From: Azolla caroliniana
Lineage: Eukaryota > Plantae > Polypodiophyta
NCBI GenBank assembly: GCA_043228905.1
Contig: JBHGNT010000011.1
Coordinates: 19,592,001 to 19,656,000 of the forward strand
Direction of reading: 5' to 3'
Length of the DNA: 64,000 nt
Shown: piece by piece, positions 48,915-62,442 of the stretch
How positions within the stretch are numbered: position 1 is the first letter of the stretch
How the letters are laid out: every line of letters begins with the position of its first letter
Notes under the pieces: generated by a model
Told to the model about the DNA's origin: nothing
Database searches by the model: none
What the model saw: only the letters and a program-made list of their open reading frames with translations
Program-made: the position numbers and the translations under genes

Positions 48915-51475
48915 ATGAGCACCTCCACCGTCAGCAACTCCGCTGCTGCGCCCCTTTCTCTGATCCCTACCAGAAGCTCATCATCAGGTAAGAATCCTCC
49001 TCTCTTTCCTTTCTCTCTGCACGATGTCATATACCTTCCATACCTGAAGAATTATGCTGCCAAAATAGACCCCCTCTGCCTCTGTCTCTGTCTCTCTTCT
49101 CATCTACATATCAGCAGTTTTGTACATCTCAAATGATCCCATATTTCCCCTCTAGTCTTTCATCAAATATTGAAATTGATCTGATGTCACGTGTTTTGTT
49201 TCCACAGAGGAAGCCTCTACCGGGCCGCCCACCAGGTCGCAGAGAAGCACCATGTCATCTGGTAAAGGTGAGTAAGCCACATCGTTTATGAATCCATGTA
49301 TGCATGTAAGATAGACAATCTCCCTCCCCCTAAGAAGCAACCAGTCTGATGTGAAAAATCAATTCAGAAAATATGCAGATTCAACACATATCTGCTGCAA
49401 ATGGAAAGGACAAATGATGATCCCATGCATTGTTGCACCAATGTGGTGTGTACACACCCATTTCACTCCACATTGTTGCATTTTAAAATAAGTGATGCAT
49501 TCTCTCAACGTTTGCCACATACTCACATGTCACTCCACATCCTGTATAATTTCATTATTTGATCCACTCCTTGAACATTTGGCACATTGATGGATAAATT
49601 GCTACCTGTTTTAACAAATTTTCCAGGGAGGAGGCGACGAGCTGCTGCTGAGCAGAGAAGAGCAGAGCAGCAACATTGGAGCCAGATGATGCATGAGAGT
49701 GAAGAAGACATTTATGTCGCTCCACCGCCAGCCATGAGCAGGCGGCAAATGAGGAGGAGGGCGGCTGATCGCCGCGCCTCCCACATGGGTTTTGACGATG
49801 ATGGCCTCCTACTCCTCGATGACGATGAAGAGCTTGAGCTTGAGCTTGATGTCGCCCTTGGTAATTTGATGACCTAGGGGGGGAGGTTGTTGGCTCAGCA
49901 GCTTCTCCTACCCTTTTTTTATTGTCATGCTCTTCATATATCATTAGGCTCCTTATTTTTCAGTTAGGAGGTAATGTGAATCATTAGGTTGCGAGACATG
50001 TGCATGTTTTTTGGTAGTCTTGACCAAACAGCTAATTATGGTTTCTATGGTGACAGCAATCTCGCTTTCGCTCTCAGGAACTATGAATAGTGGTGTGAAC
50101 CTCTCAAGGGCATCTGATATAGACATGTCTTATGAGGTAAGATTAGAAAATTCTCATCATCCTTCAGTTATTATGGGCTGGTCACTAAATGTAACAACAC
50201 ACATTTCAGAACCTGGTGATGCTCGAGGATGTGAAATGTACTGCCCCTCCTTCATTAGTAAGCTCTCTTACTGGTCACATCTTCAAGAAGGGTAGCAATC
50301 CTGCATCTACGGAGGCTGTGGAAGAGTAAGTGATCTGACTTGTTCGATGTTTTCTATAAGTCAATTTTTTTTCCTAGTTAATCAAGTACCTATTTTTATA
50401 TTCTGCTTAATGGGCGAGCTTTGTATGTGTTGCCGCAATGTTTATTTAGGCTTTTTTTTTTCCTTCTGGTGAAACCATGCACAATTTAAGCCTATTGGGA
50501 CATTTACCCTTTTGTTTTTTTTAATATTGATAGAAATTTGTCGATCCCACAATAAGTCTATCTCAACTACTTGAATTAAATTCCCAATTATGTATGTCAC
50601 AATGTTTTGATTTCTTTTCAATGATTGTGATGATTAGTGCCTCTTAGTTACTCTAATTAAAACTATAATAAATTGTTCTATTCTCCAATTGATCATTCCA
50701 TGCCATTTGTCCATCTCTGTTGAACTTCATGCAGGCAGGATCTGTTAAACTGCCCATCGTAGGACTCGCATGATACTGACTGACTGACTGACACAGAGAC
50801 ACAAATGGAAGAGACAAGTAGTCCTTATATTGTGGAGTCATTAGAGCAGAGATGATACAATGGAGATGTACTCCCATGTGCTCCTAATTGAGCAAACGCG
50901 AATACAATGATGGATGGAAGTACAACTCCTTGTTCTCTCAACTGAGGCTATTTTCATACATAGGCATACTAACCCTCACACTTGTCTACTGCATTAACAT
51001 TGTGACCACCTATCCCATTCATTAGATTTGGCAATACATTTGTCAACGGCATTCACTTTGTGACCACCTATCTCATTCATGTAAATAACTAGAGAATATA
51101 GTTTGATACAGCAGAATAGATTAAGGTGTGAATCTGTGGTGTATGAGAGAGCATTTAAATATGCTTAATGTAAGTAACCTAGAAACGTTGGAACATGTGA
51201 CAAGGTGTAACTATCCTTACTTTAAAGCTTAGGTATCTCATAAGATAATATATATAATGTAGATGTGCTTTCTTTTCTAACATGAACAAGAGATGTCTTG
51301 CAGGCTGTGCACCATCTGCCAGAATGAATTTAAAGATGGGGATGTCTGCATGCACCTTCCCTGTCTCCATACTCTCCATGATGCTTGTGGTTCTGAGTGG
51401 TTCCTGAAGCACTCAAAACTCTGCCCCGTATGTAAAATTGATGTCACGCAGGAAGACGAGGTGGGCCATTCTTAA
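48915..51475 (+). CDS. RING-H2 E3 ubiquitin ligase with an upstream UIM-like motif, ~244 aa
   Basis: 6 exons: 48915-48987, 49208-49267, 49627-49860, 50057-50136, 50210-50325, 51304-51475 (735 nt, phases consistent). DEELELELDVALAISLS is UIM-like, followed by DIDMSYENLVMLED. CTIC-x14-CLHTLHDAC..EW..CPVC is a RING-H2 finger. Confidence 0.85.
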
Positions 51476-53730
51476 ACAAAAGTTAAAATACACACAAAAT
51501 TGTAAGGTGCTGTAGTTGGCCACCTCCATTCCTCCTCCTTGAAATGGTGGTTACTGCACCAATATTGTACAGCTTGCTATCTGTAAATATATTGTCACTC
51601 TTGCTAACGAACGATTGATCCACCATCGTGGATTCTCCAATGTATTTTTTGGTTTGGACCCCCACCCACACATTGCATCATTATCGTTAATGATCTCTAC
51701 AAGATGCATTGTAATAAATTCCAGATAGATTTCTTACTCTAAAGCCCTCTTGCCATTGTGTAAGTCAAAAGTGAATTAATGAATATCACCAAGGCTGTGT
51801 ATAATTCTGGTGTATATGATTCAAAGTATGTTAGCAAACATGTATGTGTGAACTTTAAAGGGTGCCATTTATGGTCTGAATTTGCAAGCATTTAGCAATA
51901 ATTGAATAAACATAACTAGCTCTACTAGGGTGATGTTATTATTTGTGCAATCATGTTCGAGAGGAAAATCTTTATTCTAAATTTAGTGGTCATAAAAAAC
52001 ATGAGGTTTGCATGAATGTGAATATGCTGAAGCTCTTAAAGCAGCACCAGTCTCTACACGACGAGTTATCCTAGAGAATATGATATTATGCAAAAGTAGT
52101 TAATTTACAGCTAGGAAGTTTCATCATTCCTATCACTTGCTAAGGTCACTCCCCTGTTTGGTGGGTTCAAATCCTTTGAGATGGGGTCTCAAATTTGTGG
52201 CAGTTGGCAAACCTTTAAAATTTAAAACTACATGCAAACAAAACCAATCAGCACAAAGATGCAAATGGAAGGCTAAGTGTTTAATTGTAATGGAGATGCG
52301 TCCCTGATTCTCTTAAGTTGCAACAATGGCAAATATTGATGCAACAGTGGCTTAAGTGTGATAGTCTTTAGATTTAATAAATAAAGTTATCATCCGTTAA
52401 CCATAGTGACAGGCTTATTTGGTGGTTGCTCGCACACCAAAAGTCAAACCACCGACTATGTTGCCACAATTATTAAATTTTCAAGGTATGAGTTGCCTTG
52501 GATGCGATTGTTTTGCTTTAGTTGCGATTCATTATAAGTTAGGTCATGCAAAATATTAAATTGATGAGCAATATTAGAATATTCAAGAGAAAATGGACAG
52601 AATAAAGTCATAAAAAAGGAGATACTACCTATATACCATTTCCTTTTGATGGAATTGCCAAGAAGCAATGCATCAAGATATATGATTATAGCACCAAAAG
52701 AATTTTGGGTGACCATCATTTGGCTCCAATGAACTATGAAGCAAATGTAATCATCCCCAATGAAGCACACATAAATACCAATTGATTCCAAACCAAATAT
52801 ATTTTACTTCAATGACTTGATCGTGTTCTAATAACAAATTAATCATCCCATTGCATTGTAACCACAATTACACCTATTGAGAAAATATCATCTCTAAAGA
52901 GGAGGTCTCATGTTGAGAGAAACCTACTTTGGATAGTTATGAGGGAGTATGTTTCATGATTATAAAATAGATGGGTTTTTTTTCTTATTTGTGGAAGTAT
53001 ACGATGTTTATAAATCTATTGAGTCATTGTTGATTCGTCAATCTCTCCTATGTAAATTTCTAAAGCTTGATGCATCGTTAATGCATCACATATTGTTGTG
53101 TGCACATGCTTGTCATGTTTTCAAGTATTTCCATCCATGAATCACTTTGAGTCATAGAGCCTTGCATTGGGAGGGTATCATGAAGGAAAACTATCGGAAA
53201 TAAAGAATCCATGACCGTGTCATGGCAAGAGCGAGAGAAGAACAACTTATGGAGCATACTAATAATGCTTGCTTTCCATTTCCACATCCATTTGTTGTCC
53301 GATTGGGCTGAGTGCGAGAGCGGGTTTAACTCGTGGAAAGAGTGCAAAAAGAAACAAAGAAATCGAATGGTTGAGAGGTATGGGTGGCGAAAGGTGTGTT
53401 TGTCGGAGCCGGAAGAACCGCCAGCAACAGTAGAAGCATATACATACATATATGATATATCCATGAGGCCCGGGGTCTCGGTGCTTTAGCGATGGCGGTG
53501 GCGGCAGCGGAGCTTTTGGGCTCAATTCTCTCTCTCTCTCTCTCATATCAGATACGTAGTATGTTATAAACTTATAAGTTATAAGTATCAAATTTCAATA
53601 TGTATTTCATTCTTTCTACTGTAGTCTGTATGTATATATCATTCCATCATTGTGTACACAAAACATACTCTCCCACAGTGCACCCCCCCCCCCCCCCCCT
53701 CCCCTGCCTCTCCTCCTCATCGTCCATCAC

Positions 53731-53734
<4 letters not shown>

Positions 53735-53768
<34 letters not shown>
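53735..53768. repeat. (CT)n microsatellite in the TM9SF 5' leader
   Basis: About 17 CT units, preceded by a poly-C run at ~53683-53705. Confidence 0.95.
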
Positions 53769-53772
<4 letters not shown>

Positions 53773-53784
53773 GTGCTTCATCGG

Positions 53785-55213
53785 ATGGCTATGGCTATGG
53801 TGTATCCCCCCTTCGTCTTGCTGCTGCTGTTGCTGCCCGTCGTCATCGTCCTCACCTCTATCTCCCCCCCGTGCTACGCTTTCTACCTGCCTGGAGTGGC
53901 TCCTCGTGATTTCGCCGAGGCAAGAACGCACACACATTGCATACTCACATTTCTTCTTCTTCTTCTTCTTCTTTATAATCAATCCTTCATTGCCGCCCAT
54001 TTCTGCTAAAATTTGATTCTCATTCGGCCTTCCTTCCTTTGGATTTCGTATTGCCCTCGCTGTCCCCCCCCAAAGTCTCCGATTCCACTCGTGGAAACAT
54101 GAGAATGACTGCGTTCTAGAAAAATATAAAGAAGAGCAGAGTCCCATCATGTTTAGATCTGTAGTACTTTGTTGAAAGAGCACATTGTTTCCAAGAAGGT
54201 TTAAGCTTTCTCGAAACCCTTCTTAAATCTTTATATGGGTTCTTGATGTAATGTCATTACAAAGTATGACGTTGCTTTTTCATCATGGATATAGTTTCCG
54301 TAAACTCCAGCAAACAGGGGAAAGACCCTCAGAAAAGGAGGTAGTCAAATGCTGCTTTCTACAATCTTCAAGAATTACGAGACTTATATATCTTGCTGTT
54401 GTTTGGAAAGATGCAATTATTTGTGACACACATCAATCACTTTATATCGTTGTGGAGTCCATGTATTCCCTAAACCCTAAACCCTACACACATCTGTCTT
54501 TTTATTTCTTTGTGGATGGAGATCCTCAAAATTGCATAATTTAAACAAAAGCACTGTTTTGCTCTGCAACCATATTGGCAATTGGAATGGTGAATAGTGA
54601 GGCAGGCTAAGTTTTATATCTCAGGGATTAAGTTTGGTTGAATCTGTATGTCAGCTAACAATATAGCTATACGCACAAATTCATGGTCTAACGTCAGAAT
54701 CACTTGATTAGGTGTGCTATGCAAATGACATAGCTTTGGCAATAAGAAAATATGTAAATTTTAATGTGCTCGTTTATATGTGCTCAACATCCAACTCTTG
54801 CCAATCTAGGGCTGGAAGGAAGATTGCCTATATAATATGCCCATTCGGAGAAGGTGGTGCCATTGCAGAGGTGTCTTCCTGCTGATAGAAGAGAGTACAA
54901 CCAGTTATCAGAATAGCCTAGGTCAGTTTATTACGAGAGTATTGAATAGACTTGTAACCCTATGTGATTAGTGTATTGCTGTAATAATGTGGTTGACAAT
55001 GGTGATATGAGTCTGTGGCCATAGATGGCTTTTTGATGGAGACTAGGGTTTCTGCATTTTACAATAATTATATTTAGCTTTTTCTTTAGATTTATTATTG
55101 TTGTTTGGTTTTAAATTTTGATGAAGGAAACTTTTAATTTAAACCATTTTTGCTTTTGCCTTTATATGTCTATCTTAAACTGTTCTTTACTGTACACTTC
55201 AACCCTCTTCCGT

Positions 55214-55246
<33 letters not shown>

Positions 55247-58049
55247 CTGGCTCTTTACAAATTTTGATTTAAATCGTGCTAATGTAAGAACATGACATTC
55301 TTTTCATGAATGGAATTTCCTTGAAACAACTATGTTTTAAATTATTGTATGTATATATGCAGGGCGATGAGCTTCAAGTAAAGGTCAACAAGTTGACATC
55401 TGTCAAAACACAGCTTCCATACGAGTATTATACACTGGGTTATTGTGCTCCTGAAAAAATTGAGAATACTGCAGAAAACCTTGGGGAGGTTTTGAGAGGT
55501 GATCGTATTGAGAACTCACCATATGTGGTAAGAATCCGATAAAATTAATGTACTTGAAGCACTTGTATTTTGGTTGAATGCTCCTTATAGAAGGAACAGT
55601 TTCACCCAACTTACTATGAATATTGTGCATCCGTTTTTGAGTGATTAAACCATATCAAGGTTGAAGATAATGTGAGGTAATGTTAATACAAAGATGTTTG
55701 TAATCTTGACAAGGCAGTTTTATATGAAAGAGGACAAGGTCTGTACATACAGTTGTAAGATTGACAAACTTCATTCTTCGACTGCAAAAAACATGAGAGA
55801 AAAGATTGATGAAGATTATCATGTCAACATGTGGGTTATTATTCCTTACAGTCTATTTAATTTTACTCACCTTTTTCCTGTAAACTTAATCACAACCATT
55901 CTCTTCTTGTTGAAGGATTTTGGACAACCTTCCACTGGCAATGCAAAAAATCCTGCAGAATGGTGCCACTGTGAACTCCTATGATCACGGGTTTCCTGTT
56001 GGATTTAAGGGTACCTATACTGAGGTAAGCTGAAACATAGATATTGATACTGAGATATAAATGGTTTTGATTGGAATAGAGATGTGTTATATTTGGATTA
56101 CTCAGGGAGGAGATGTAAAATATTTCATCAACAATCATCTCTCATTTCTTGTGTTGTATCACAAAGATGATGACACTTTGGCTTATCGTGTAGTTGGTTT
56201 TGAAGTGTCTCCCCAAAGGTGAGGTTGGTTGTCTTGCCGCTTGCAATCTCATATATGTTAATTGTCATATAAAATTAGAAGGCAATATTGTTTTCACAAA
56301 GAAAATTCCTCTTATTTGCATTTGGCTGATTTTGATGCTTACCTTCTTTGCATTTTCATCACTAATTAGATGATTTTCTTCTAAGAGCCATGCAGCATAG
56401 GCTTTAAATAGGAGCTTATAGAATCAGAAAATGTCTGCCCATTAGAATTATTAAGTATCAATCTTTTAAGAACAAAGGCTCCTAATATGAGGGGTTTGAA
56501 GCATGATGAACAAATCTATTCAAGAATAGAAATGGCCTTCCTCTTTGTCAATCGCAGTTTCTTCTCTATTTCTTTCATGTCAATTTGTGCTTTAAATGCA
56601 AATGCAATTCAATAGTTAGAGATGGGGATATTGCAGTTTTACTAAAGTTTGGACATGATATATTTGCCTGCAGTGTTAAACATGAATATGATAAACCATT
56701 TGACAAAGAAAAAACCGAACTTACTTGCAACCCAAAACTTTTCCCTCAGGAAGTCAAAGACGAAGAAGAAATTATTTTCACTTATGATGTGAAATTTAAG
56801 GTTGAGCTGATAACATACTTAAATCTCAGCAGAATTTTTTAAAGCATGTCATGAATTTATATAATTGATATCTAATTTTCTCTGCTTTCAGCACAGTCCA
56901 ATAAAATGGGCATCTCGTTGGGACACTTATCTGTTGATGTCTGACAATCAGATTCACTGGTTTTCTATCATCAACTCATTGATGATTGTATTATTCCTGT
57001 CTGGTATGGTAGCAATGATTATGATGCGTACACTCTATCAAGACATTGCCAGGTATAATCAATTGGAGAGTCAGGAGGAGGCCCAAGAAGAAACAGGGTG
57101 GAAGCTCCTGCATGCAGATGTATTTAGGACACCAAACAAATCCGGGCTACTGTGTGTGTTAGTTGGCAGTGGGATTCAGATTTTAGGGATGTCGGTTGTA
57201 ACCATGGTGTTTGCTCTATTTGGGTTTCTTTCTCCTGCCAACCGGGGTAGCTTGATGACAGCCATGCTGCTACTGTGGGTTCTCATGGGGGTTTTTGCTG
57301 GCTATTCATCAGCTCGACTCTACAAGTTGTTCAAGGGCACACAATGGAAAAAGAGTACCTTGAGGACTGCATGCTTGTTTCCTGGGGTCATTTTTTGCGT
57401 ATTCTTTTTCTTGAATTGTCTCATTTGGGGTGAGAAATCTTCAGGGGCAGTGCCTTTTGGCACACTGTTTGCCCTTGTCTTCCTTTGGTTCGGTATCTCA
57501 GTGCCACTCGTGTTCATTGGTAGCTACTTTGGATTCAAGAAAGCACCCCTTGATAATCCGGTACGAACTAACAAGATTCCAAGGCAGATTCCACAGCAGC
57601 CATGGTATATGCGCCGTATCTTCACCGTCCTCATTGGAGGAATTCTTCCATTTGGGGCTGTCTTCATCGAGCTGTTCTTTATATTGACGTCTATCTGGCT
57701 ACATCAGTTCTATTACATATTTGGTTTCCTGTTCATAGTGCTTCTCATCTTGCTAATTACATGTGCAGAGATCACAGTTGTCCTATGCTACTTCCAGCTA
57801 TGCAGTGAGGATTATAACTGGTGGTGGAGATCTTATTTTACATCAGGGTCATCGGCCCTCTACCTGTTTCTCTATGCAGCCTTCTATTTCTTCACAAAAC
57901 TTCAGATCACAAAAGTGGTATCAGGCATTCTGTACTTTGGCTATATGAGTATCATTTCCCTTTCGTTCTTCGTGTTGACAGGCACTGTAGGGTTCTATGC
58001 GTGTATGTGGTTCATCAGGAAAATATATGCATCGGTCAAATTCGATTGA
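53785..58049 (+). CDS. Transmembrane 9 superfamily (EMP70/nonaspanin, TMN7-10-like) protein, ~639 aa
   Basis: 7 exons: 53785-53919 (GC donor), 55363-55527, 55718-55830, 55916-56024, 56106-56218, 56674-56800, 56892-58049 (1920 nt). Signal peptide followed by [12 protein letters not shown], then [68 protein letters not shown], nine hydrophobic segments and a C-terminal KFD (KxD/E Golgi-retention motif). Confidence 0.95.
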
Positions 58050-60393
58050 CTGGCATTTGATTGCGTGAGATATCCATGTGGTTTCCACTCAGCTGCAGCA
58101 GCCACATACATACGTGTATGGAGATAGAGATTAAAGATACATAGCAGCCAACTGTTTTCCTTTTCCTGATAAATGGGATTATATGATCCAGGTTCACTAC
58201 TTGTACGACACAGAGCTTACTTGAAACCACCAAGTAATTCTGAAATTCTGGTCTCCTGAAGGATTTTTCTTAGACCCCTTCTCGGCTCTGTAATTCTAGT
58301 AGCGTTGTTCAAACCAATGTTTAAAAGATCTAGTCAATTAGTGCACCTGGTGGATCATAAATAAAATGTAGTTTCTACTTTGACGCGTCATTGAAGGATG
58401 GTGATCTTACATCTTTTGTCTTAATTTCGTATTTTGAAATCCTTCAACCTCTTAGTTGATTCTCTTGATACACGTAAGAATATCTGTTTGTATTAGCACT
58501 GATCATTCAAGTTGAATTCTGTTCTAAGCTATAGCTGCCTGATGAGATCAATATGAATGACCAAATATTGAAATATTTTTTATTTTGATGTGCTCAACAT
58601 TCTCAAAAGCCATTATGCAGTCTATTTTGCTTAGTATATAATTAATGCAGTGTGCTTTGACACACTTAAGAAGAGAAAAGTGGTAGAAGTTGATAGGAAG
58701 TTCAGGTACTGAGATGTTTGCCTCATCAAGAATTAAGAAAAGCTATTAAAATCCACATTTTGGAAATATATTAATTCATAATTTCAAATGATGCTGTTAG
58801 TTGTTTAAGCTGTGGTTTCTAACTTCATAAATAGCAAATCGTATGCCAATACACCATCAAACAAAAGCAAGCTCAACTGTTAAAAGCCTATGTGAAAACA
58901 AGCCTAAATGAGGCTTTCCCATTTTTGAACTGACCCATGGTTTCAAGCGTCAGTTTTGGAAACTAAACTATCATTTATGCCTGACAAATTGACATTATGC
59001 CCTGAGCATTAAGTGGTTTGTATATATGTTGCATTCATTTTCCACTTATTTTCACACAAAATTTATATTTAGTTGGTATGGTTTTATCACTCCTTTTTTG
59101 TACCTTTCATTTTTAGTACCACAAAGTTTACTTGAAAAAGGTTTTTACATTGTATCTTGATTTCCGGCTCAGCTGTATTCTTCTTTGATCCATTGTTTTG
59201 GGAAATTGGAGTTGATTCTGACGATGTTCATTTTACTTTTATGAGTGTTTGTTCAGAAGAATGTTCACACTACTGCCCCCTATCTATAACCATAATAGTA
59301 AAATCAAGATGGATAGTTGGAATACTAAAAACTAGATCTTTACTGTGTGACATAATTGCTGATGCATTCAAATAGGTTATAGTAACACGTTCTTGATTAT
59401 GTTCAACTGTTTGTACTAACGTTCTTGTAATCTGAGTAATGAATCATTATTTTCACTCTGAACATGGTACTGAGTTGATATCTTGAAGTAATGTTTAACG
59501 GACACTAACAATTCTTTCATAACTTATTGCTGACTGTGTGCTGTCCAATCTAATGGGCTTTTAACCATGTTTTCAACCTAATCACTGCAACAGCTATGAC
59601 TTGGATATCTTCAATTTGAGATGAGGACAGAGAACACATTTCGTTTTCAAAATCTCTAGACATTGGAGAGCCTGAACATTTATTGTCTCTGGTTTGAAGA
59701 AGATTTACATGAGGTGTAGGTGAATGAGGTTTGTTCTTGTGGTTGGCCTAAATTTCGTTTTTGGTTTAAATGAGCCTCATTGAGCTGGCAATTGAGTCAT
59801 CCTAGTCCGTTTAAATTCTAATTGATAAATGATTCTATTGTTGTAATTCCAATAGTTTCCATTGGTCCCAGTTTGATTATGAATCAGAAATTAGAATATG
59901 AATGCAACTATTATTGGTTTGGCATTGCTGCTTTAAAAGTTCAGACTCTTGTACCTCTTCTACATCCACTCTGTTTACTAATGGGTAAGTTTGATTGTCA
60001 TTTCTCATACAGAGTCCGAAGCTTGGCACCTTAATTTTTTGGATTATACCAAGAAATTACTAATTCATGGACTCCAAGATTGATCTGATTGTAGTGCATG
60101 GAATCACATCGCTATCTTTGATACTTTTTGGTGATGAGTGGCTCAAGTACCGGATCCTTGCTTTTTTAATTTGTTTCTTGATTTCCTTACTCTTTTTACT
60201 GTCAGTTTTTTTGTATTTTCCCATCATCAAAATAAGACTCTGAACTGCTGCAGACCTTGTTTTGTTGGCAAAGGCTCCTCACAGGTTGCTGGTCTATGCT
60301 TAAGAAAGCTCATAAAACGTGTGGTGCTAACAACATGAAAGTAGAGCAGGTGGGTGGGCCTTTTTCTTTTCTAAGATGGTTTTAAGTTTTAAC

Positions 60394-60634
60394 CATAGTA
60401 TGAACCATACGTGCATTCGCATTCGAGTATGATAAACACCCTTGAAGTATGGTAAATACCATACTTTTGTATTCATTATTTATTATAAGGTAAAAAACAA
60501 AATTTGAAGGTAAGAAAGTTAAGTTAAAAAGTGTTAAAAAAAAGCACAAGGATGTTTGGATAACATACGCATTCTTTTTCATTCGTATGAAAAAGAATGT
60601 TGGCCTATGCATTCAAGTATATTAAGTACCTATG
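60394..60634. mobile_element. hAT-type MITE (CATAG-terminal family)
   Basis: CATAGTATGAACCATACG...AAGTACCTATG, flanked by GTTTTAAC and GTTTTAAG (7 of 8 TSD bases match). Confidence 0.8.
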
Positions 60635-61473
60635 GTTTTAAGTGTGTGGTAAGTATGCTTGGTTGTAATGTTCTCTACTATGTCTATCTCCTCTCCTCTC
60701 CTTCACTGTTTTTTTCTCATAGCAATCACATCATTGGCAGTCTTTTCCAATCATCGTGGCTTCTTTCTTCCCTCGATCGATTGTTACTACTAGGTTGGTC
60801 TGTTGAGTGCTTTGCTCTAGGTTTGCTCTCCAATGTTTGTTTATAATTATATGCTAGCTTATGGCTTCGTCCTCCGGGCGACACTTCAAGTTTACCTACA
60901 ATTGGAGTTCTAGCTCATGTTCCTCTAAGTGAGAATATACAAATTTAGGTACACCTCAATGGTAAAGTAAAGAAGTGACTAAAAATATATATATACAAAT
61001 ATAGGTTCATATTATAAACTTGGAATTTTAATTTTGATGGTTAACCCATATGCCGGATTAAACAGGCCACACTTTCTATAGACCACACTCAAAATGGTAG
61101 TTGGTGCTTGTTCACAACAAAATATAGATGTTGAATGTAGAAGCCTGTGGTAGTACATGTATATGGGTCTCTTAATTGCATATTCGTATCATGAATAATG
61201 TTCGCGAACATTTGAAACAATAAAGCTCTCCTTGTCGTCACAATATTCTATTAGTTGGCATCGACACAATGTGTACTCCCTTGAAGTGTCTAGCATTGAA
61301 AATTTTACAACTTATAAGGGATCATGTTTCCTCTTGAGCTAGCAATTATTTTAGTGGTTGAATGCAATGTCACACTTTGAAATACTTTCTAATTTGCCCC
61401 AAGAAGAAATGAAACATGATATTATGACTAGATTCTTATATTTGTACATATTCACTCATATGTTTGATCAACT

Positions 61474-61622
61474 CATAGTATGAACCATACGTACCATATG
61501 CGCATACGTTTCAATCATTCGAGTGTAAAAAAAACATAAGAATGTTTTGATAACATTCGCATTCCTTTGCATTCGTATGTAAAAGAATGTTTGCCAATGC
61601 ATTTGAGTATATTACGTGCTAC
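61474..61622. mobile_element. Shortened/degenerate CATAG-family MITE
   Basis: Starts CATAGTATGAACCATACGTACCATA and its interior matches 60394-60634. The right TIR is decayed and no TSD is visible. Confidence 0.65.
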
Positions 61623-62138
61623 TTTCATTGCTCTTACTTTCAATTATGCATAACCTACCCGTACAAGTGTTATAACTGCTACATGTTGGCCCCAAATGAT
61701 TTCCATGGTAAACCAACTTGTTCACAATTTTTTTGAGCTTGTGACTTCATTTCTTCATTGATCTTATACTTGTTATATTTACATCTAAATGTGTTGGACA
61801 ACAAACTAGGTTCGAAGCATTCTTTGTATGATCATGATAAGCCAAAGTATGTAGTATGCATAGGTGCGATCATCACTACTAAACATTATCTCTTCTTTTG
61901 CTTCATTGAAAGTTATAATTCATGACTTTCATTGTATCAAGCACAAAACTCTTACCAACTACATGTCCATTGCGAGAATACATTTATTCTCAACATTCAA
62001 TGTACATTACAATATGCTTAAATGAAATATAAAATTAAACATTTATTTTTATTCTATTTGCTCTGTTTTTTCAATGATATTGATCTATGCTCGACGTTTA
62101 TTTTCATTGTATTTGCTCCATTTCTTCAATTATATTTA

Positions 62139-62442
62139 GGTAAAAGTACCAGGATACCCCTGGAAGTTCGTTTATTTACCAGAATGCCCCTGGAAGTTCC
62201 AAATTTACCAAACTACCCCTATGTCCAAAATATTACACTTTATAAAGCAATTATACACTCAAATCTACAAGCCCTATTTAACAAAGATGGACCCGAACTA
62301 GCCCTATTTACCAAAGATTTGACTGTATAATTACTTTATAAAGTGTAATTTTTTGGACATAGAGGTAATTTGGTAAATTTGGAACTTTTAGGGGCATTTT
62401 GGTAAATAGATGAACTTCTAGGGGTATCTTGGTACTTTTCCC
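62139..62442. mobile_element. Mutator-like MITE with ~120-bp terminal inverted repeats
   Basis: GGTAAAAGTACCAGGATACCCCTGGAAGTTC... pairs with ...GAACTTCTAGGGGTATCTTGGTACTTTTCCC over ~120 bp. Flanks TTATATTTA and TTATAATTTA fit a 9-bp TSD with one indel. Confidence 0.85.

Noticed and set aside
52140-52180. GGTTCAAATCC B-box-like motif (tRNA/SINE)
   Set aside because: No convincing A-box, cloverleaf, tail or TSD nearby.
53078-53591. ORFs of 92-128 aa upstream of the TM9SF gene
   Set aside because: No recognisable domain or splice pattern. This is probably promoter DNA, although a small transcript cannot be excluded.
53600-54183. Overlapping ORFs of 85-178 aa in several frames and on both strands
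   Set aside because: They are explained by poly-C, (CT)n, (CTG)n and (CTT)n runs and GC-rich sequence around TM9SF exon 1. Only the MAMAMV...FYLPGVAP frame has family support.
54467-54488. CCCTAAA repeats as a telomere or healed break
   Set aside because: Only about 2.5 units inside TM9SF intron 1, which fits a common telo-box rather than a chromosome end.
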